Positions 60,070 to 64,000 of a stretch of 64,000 bases of DNA are shown piece by piece. Source of the DNA: Marsupella aquatica (lineage: Eukaryota; Plantae; Marchantiophyta); the NCBI GenBank assembly GCA_973895155.1, contig OZ316892.1:18404357-18468356 (forward strand), given 5' to 3'. The notes under the pieces were generated by a model, which was not told the origin of the DNA, searched no databases, and saw only the letters and a program-made list of their open reading frames with translations. Positions within the stretch are counted from its first letter, which is position 1. Each line of letters starts with the position of its first letter. Both the position numbers and the translations under genes were made by a program.

Positions 60070-60276
60070 TCACTTTTGAGGTCCTGATTTCTCTCTAATC
60101 TGTTGCTACCACTAACTGGACCCAACTTTAGTGGCCCTTTCTTTTGAGGCCTTGATTTCTGTCTATTTTGTTGCTGGGCCACTAACTGGACCCAGCTTTG
60201 GTGGCCCTTTCTTTTGAGGCCTTGATTTCTGTCTAATTTGTTGCTGGGCCACTAACTGGACCCAGCATTAGTGGCC
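60070..60276. repeat. 70-bp tandem repeat x~2.5
   Basis: CCACTAACTGGACCCA at 60109, 60179 and 60249. Confidence 0.9.
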
Positions 60277-63200
60277 TGTCTTATTTTTGTTTTATTGAAA
60301 CAGGTTCAAAAGTCAGGAACTCAAGGGCCAGAAAGTATTTGGCCTTTCCCCTTGGTTCTCCACATGAGCTGTCGTAAAGCTTACCTGAGGAGGGAGTGCA
60401 GGTAAGAAAATCTCAGTCAATCATCTCATGCCATCCATTCAGTTGAAGGCAGCTATTAGGCTACCCACATACAAGACAGCCCTAAGGTTACCAGGTCCCA
60501 CAAAAGACTGAACCAACTCCCTCCCTCTCTTTCGTACCACCCGGGGTAGCACCTCCATACTTGTACCTCCCATTATACCCTATCACAACTACCCTACCCC
60601 GCACATATGAATTGCAGATTTTGAGATACCACAACATGACCTCAATTCATCCTGTCAATGAAGGATTTACAACTAGAGCTAGGTTATGAGCAATCCCAAA
60701 CTTTTCTAGGATGTTCACCCAGCATGGGAGGTTATGCACAACAAATTTGCCCAGGATGTTCACCCAGCACCAAAAGTTATGCACAATCCTTTCATTTGAT
60801 CATCCTCGGCAAATTTGACCATGCAGTGGTTGAAAGAATAACACCAAAGAAGTGAAAGAGTATGTAAGAGAGAGAACATCTGGGTGTCACTCATGTGTTG
60901 CAAGGGTTATAACACTGTCCGCCCTCAGTGTACTCTTGTCCCAATCCCGGTCCCAGTATATTTGCAAGTCCTCTCATTGCCTCTTGAGGTCCACGGAGTA
61001 GTGGTCCACCCTAAGTTTCCCTGGGAGTTTACCCTAAATTAGGCCATAAACTAGGCCATAGACCATAATTCTAGCTTTGATTTGTGATTATATAGTAAGA
61101 TAGTTTAAGGGGCGAAGTTAAGCAGTGTTTTCTTGTTTGTAGTTAGATAATTCATTTGCGTTTTAGGGTAAGTTGTGCCAAAGTCACAGCGGAAAGAGAA
61201 GTATATAGAATATAAATGAAAAGCTTTCAAAGCAGGATACAAGCCCGGATACAAGGTCTCCCATCCCAAGCCAAAGTTGGGATGGGTCACAGAATAATAG
61301 AAGCTGTTTACACCAAAGGGAATCAGGAAAACATTGGCACAACCACCACTTGAGTAGAGAATTTGAGTTAAATTTTCTTTGCACAATAGGCTTGCTTGTC
61401 AGTCACATATCAACATATTTGCTTGTGTTCCATCAAAACTGAGGCTGAATAAAATGGCTGCCATGTTGACATATTTGACATACCCTAGTAGACTATTTTA
61501 TGGCACAGAGAAAAGCACCACAGTAGCAAGAAAAGCAAGTCATGCCAAACAGCTGAGTTAGCAGTCTACCTTGTTCTTACAATGTTGTCAAGGTATGCTA
61601 GCATGCATGTGCCAGTAGAGACCTCCGGAAATAGATTTTTAGAGAAAAATGACATTCCTTGGAATACAATCTATTTGCTGACAAAAGGGTAGCCCTTCTT
61701 TTGGTTCCTGTACATTCATTTGCCACATTTTTCACGTGAATGAGATACTTTGCTTTGTTAGTGACGCTAGTGAAAGAAACCAAAAAAAAACTGTAACAGA
61801 GCCCTGTGAAAAAGCTATGGCTAAAAGCCATCATGCCCAATTTGAAACTTTGAGAGGCCCTATTGGGATCACTCAGAAGTTAGGACCTTGATCCCAGATG
61901 CAGATGCGAATGCAAATGCAAACTCCTTTCTTGGGACAGTCCATGGGATGTGGCTTCCCCTCTTCTAAAATTTTGACAGAAAGTTGAATGACAGGTACGC
62001 ATAGCAAAACTTTTTGGGCCCACCTAGAAGGAGAAGAAAATATTCTCCAGTAAAATCAGTACATGCATATGAAAATCGAGGTGTCCCGTTTGTTTTAATT
62101 TATGTTGTGGTCACTAGTTCTATTGCTGCATGAGTGATTTGGGCCAACGAGTCTGGAAGTGCATTTATGGCACTGTTAGGTGGTCCTGCCTGAGTGCTGA
62201 GCCCATTGTATGAATGTAAATATTAAGCTTGCAAAGAGTTAAACCTCCAAGAGGCTGTTCGATCAGTGCTAGACCCCAGGAGTTGGGTGGAAGAGGGGCC
62301 AAGATTGAACCTTGTTTGAGGTGATTATTGTTTGGACACAAACCCCACCCAAAAGTGGTTACTTGATTCACTGTTTTTGACTCTTAAGAGAGTAGAGATT
62401 TATGGGTGAAACACAAAATGAAAAGTGTTATTTGATAGACCCATGAATAGTCCAGACTGTTGATATAGACCTCAATTGTACCCAAAAATTCAGGGGGTCC
62501 ATACATACTTTCATTTTTGAGATTCAAGTACATCTCCTTCTAGAAGAAAAATGGCAACGCACAATCCAAATGCTATAAATGCATTTCGACGGAGTCGTCT
62601 CCCTAAATCATGGGTGCCAAAACTTTATTTCTTTAATTAAGGATCAAATCTACTGTACAAGTTAACCCCAGAAATTAGGCGCCAAGTAGCAATGATGTTC
62701 TGCTTGAAACAAAGCAAACAATAATTGATTTTGTTTTGTCTTCCATGGAACGCTTTACTTCAAGTGGAAAAAGCCACCAGGCAATGCTCTAATTGTACTT
62801 GAACAGTGCAAATAGGACAAACATAAAGGTAGGTGTAAATCTGAACGACACACGGCCCATGATCGAACCTTAAGGAAATCTTAATTGGGGGTTAACTAGC
62901 GGCCCACAACCGCATACCGTATCAATGATGACCGTATCTAGAGGTATCCAGGGCCATAATCAACCACCAAGCATCCTGTTGGGCGCATGTTCTTCGGAAG
63001 AGACCTCGTGTTCGAATCTCGTTCGCGATAACTATTGTGGCCTTTATGGGCTGCTTGTGCTACCTGCCAATCCAATACAGTACTAGATATACAGGGGTAC
63101 CCGTTACCATCGATTACTGGACTCCCGTCATAATTTCGGAGGGCTGAGATGTATTCCGGAAATATTTGAGGGGCATTGAGACCGTCGATGTCAAGATTAT

Positions 63201-64000
63201 CCGGGCCGTATATCAGAGATTGAGAAGGGTCGAGAGGAGCTGGAGTATGAATCATGAATTTGGAGTTAGTAATCAGCAGAACCAAAACGTTGCTATTCGG
63301 GGTGGTCTTCGTAGATCTGTGGCCTATTGGCGTTTCGGGTATGTTTGCATCAGTAGTCGAGCTCAATGAGAGACATGTCAGGTGGCAGTAGTTACGTAAC
63401 AGACGTTACTGTCTTGACCCACGTACCTACGGTAGCTTGCACGGACCGGTACTGTAATATGTCATAGACTTGGTTTTCAGATCTGTTTTGTTCCAATTTT
63501 GAAAATCTAAGAAGTTGCTTTTCAGGGTTTGCACTAGGGCCTAAGGTCAGGCGTGAGTAACCAGTGTGGTGAGTGCCCACTACTGTAGCTTGCCTAAGAA
63601 GAGGCGACAAAGTCATGGATCCATGTCTCAGCCCACCCAATAGGGCATGTTAAAGCAAGGCTGTAACTCAATTACAAGTCAGGACATAAATTATTTTTAT
63701 GGCCAAGACAAGATCACTGAGAGAAACCAAAATACATATCTCATAAGCAATTTACGTCCAAATATGCACAGCTGTAAGATTCTACTTACTGGAGAACTTT
63801 GACATGCCCTAATGTTTGTTTCAGGTGAGCAGTCGGATCCATCCATAAAGTCCAGCTGACAACAAATCTAGCTCCTCTAAGAGAAGGTTTGGAAAATTCA
63901 AACCAGCCAGTAAGAAAAGCAAGTGAAGGAAATTAGGGTCATTCAAGAAGTAACTGAACTGAGTATTAACTAACTATTAGCAGATGTGAATAATTGTCTG

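Noticed and set aside
60380-61800. Possible gypsy gag knuckle/integrase relic on the minus strand
   Set aside because: Only a degenerate GCLVCG motif; no LTRs or supporting domains.
62662-62895. piggyBac-like MITE (TTAACCCC...GGGGTTAA)
   Set aside because: Inverted match beyond about 8 bp is poor and could be chance.

Overview
Eukaryotic, intron-rich land-plant DNA. A bryophyte/liverwort origin is my guess from gene structure and TE content; it is not proven. Left third: a 7.8-kb TTAA-flanked DNA transposon (3476-11269) with a spliced DDE transposase and a convergent KolX-like ORF, i.e. Kolobok-like. Next to it is a full-length but decayed Bianca-type Ty1/copia element (11595-18384, 106-bp LTRs, AATAA TSD, half-tRNA-Ile PBS) nested in a Helitron-like repeat. 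Middle: a DUR3 urea-transporter cluster with two intact 8-exon genes (22738-26919, 43990-48171) showing patchy gene conversion, plus a shattered inverted third copy and paralogous upstream blocks between them. Right: tRNA-Ser(GCT) with an A54 variant, a plant C2HC zinc-finger gene, a plastid FabZ gene and repeat-rich decayed sequence. All calls were made by eye; no database search was run.
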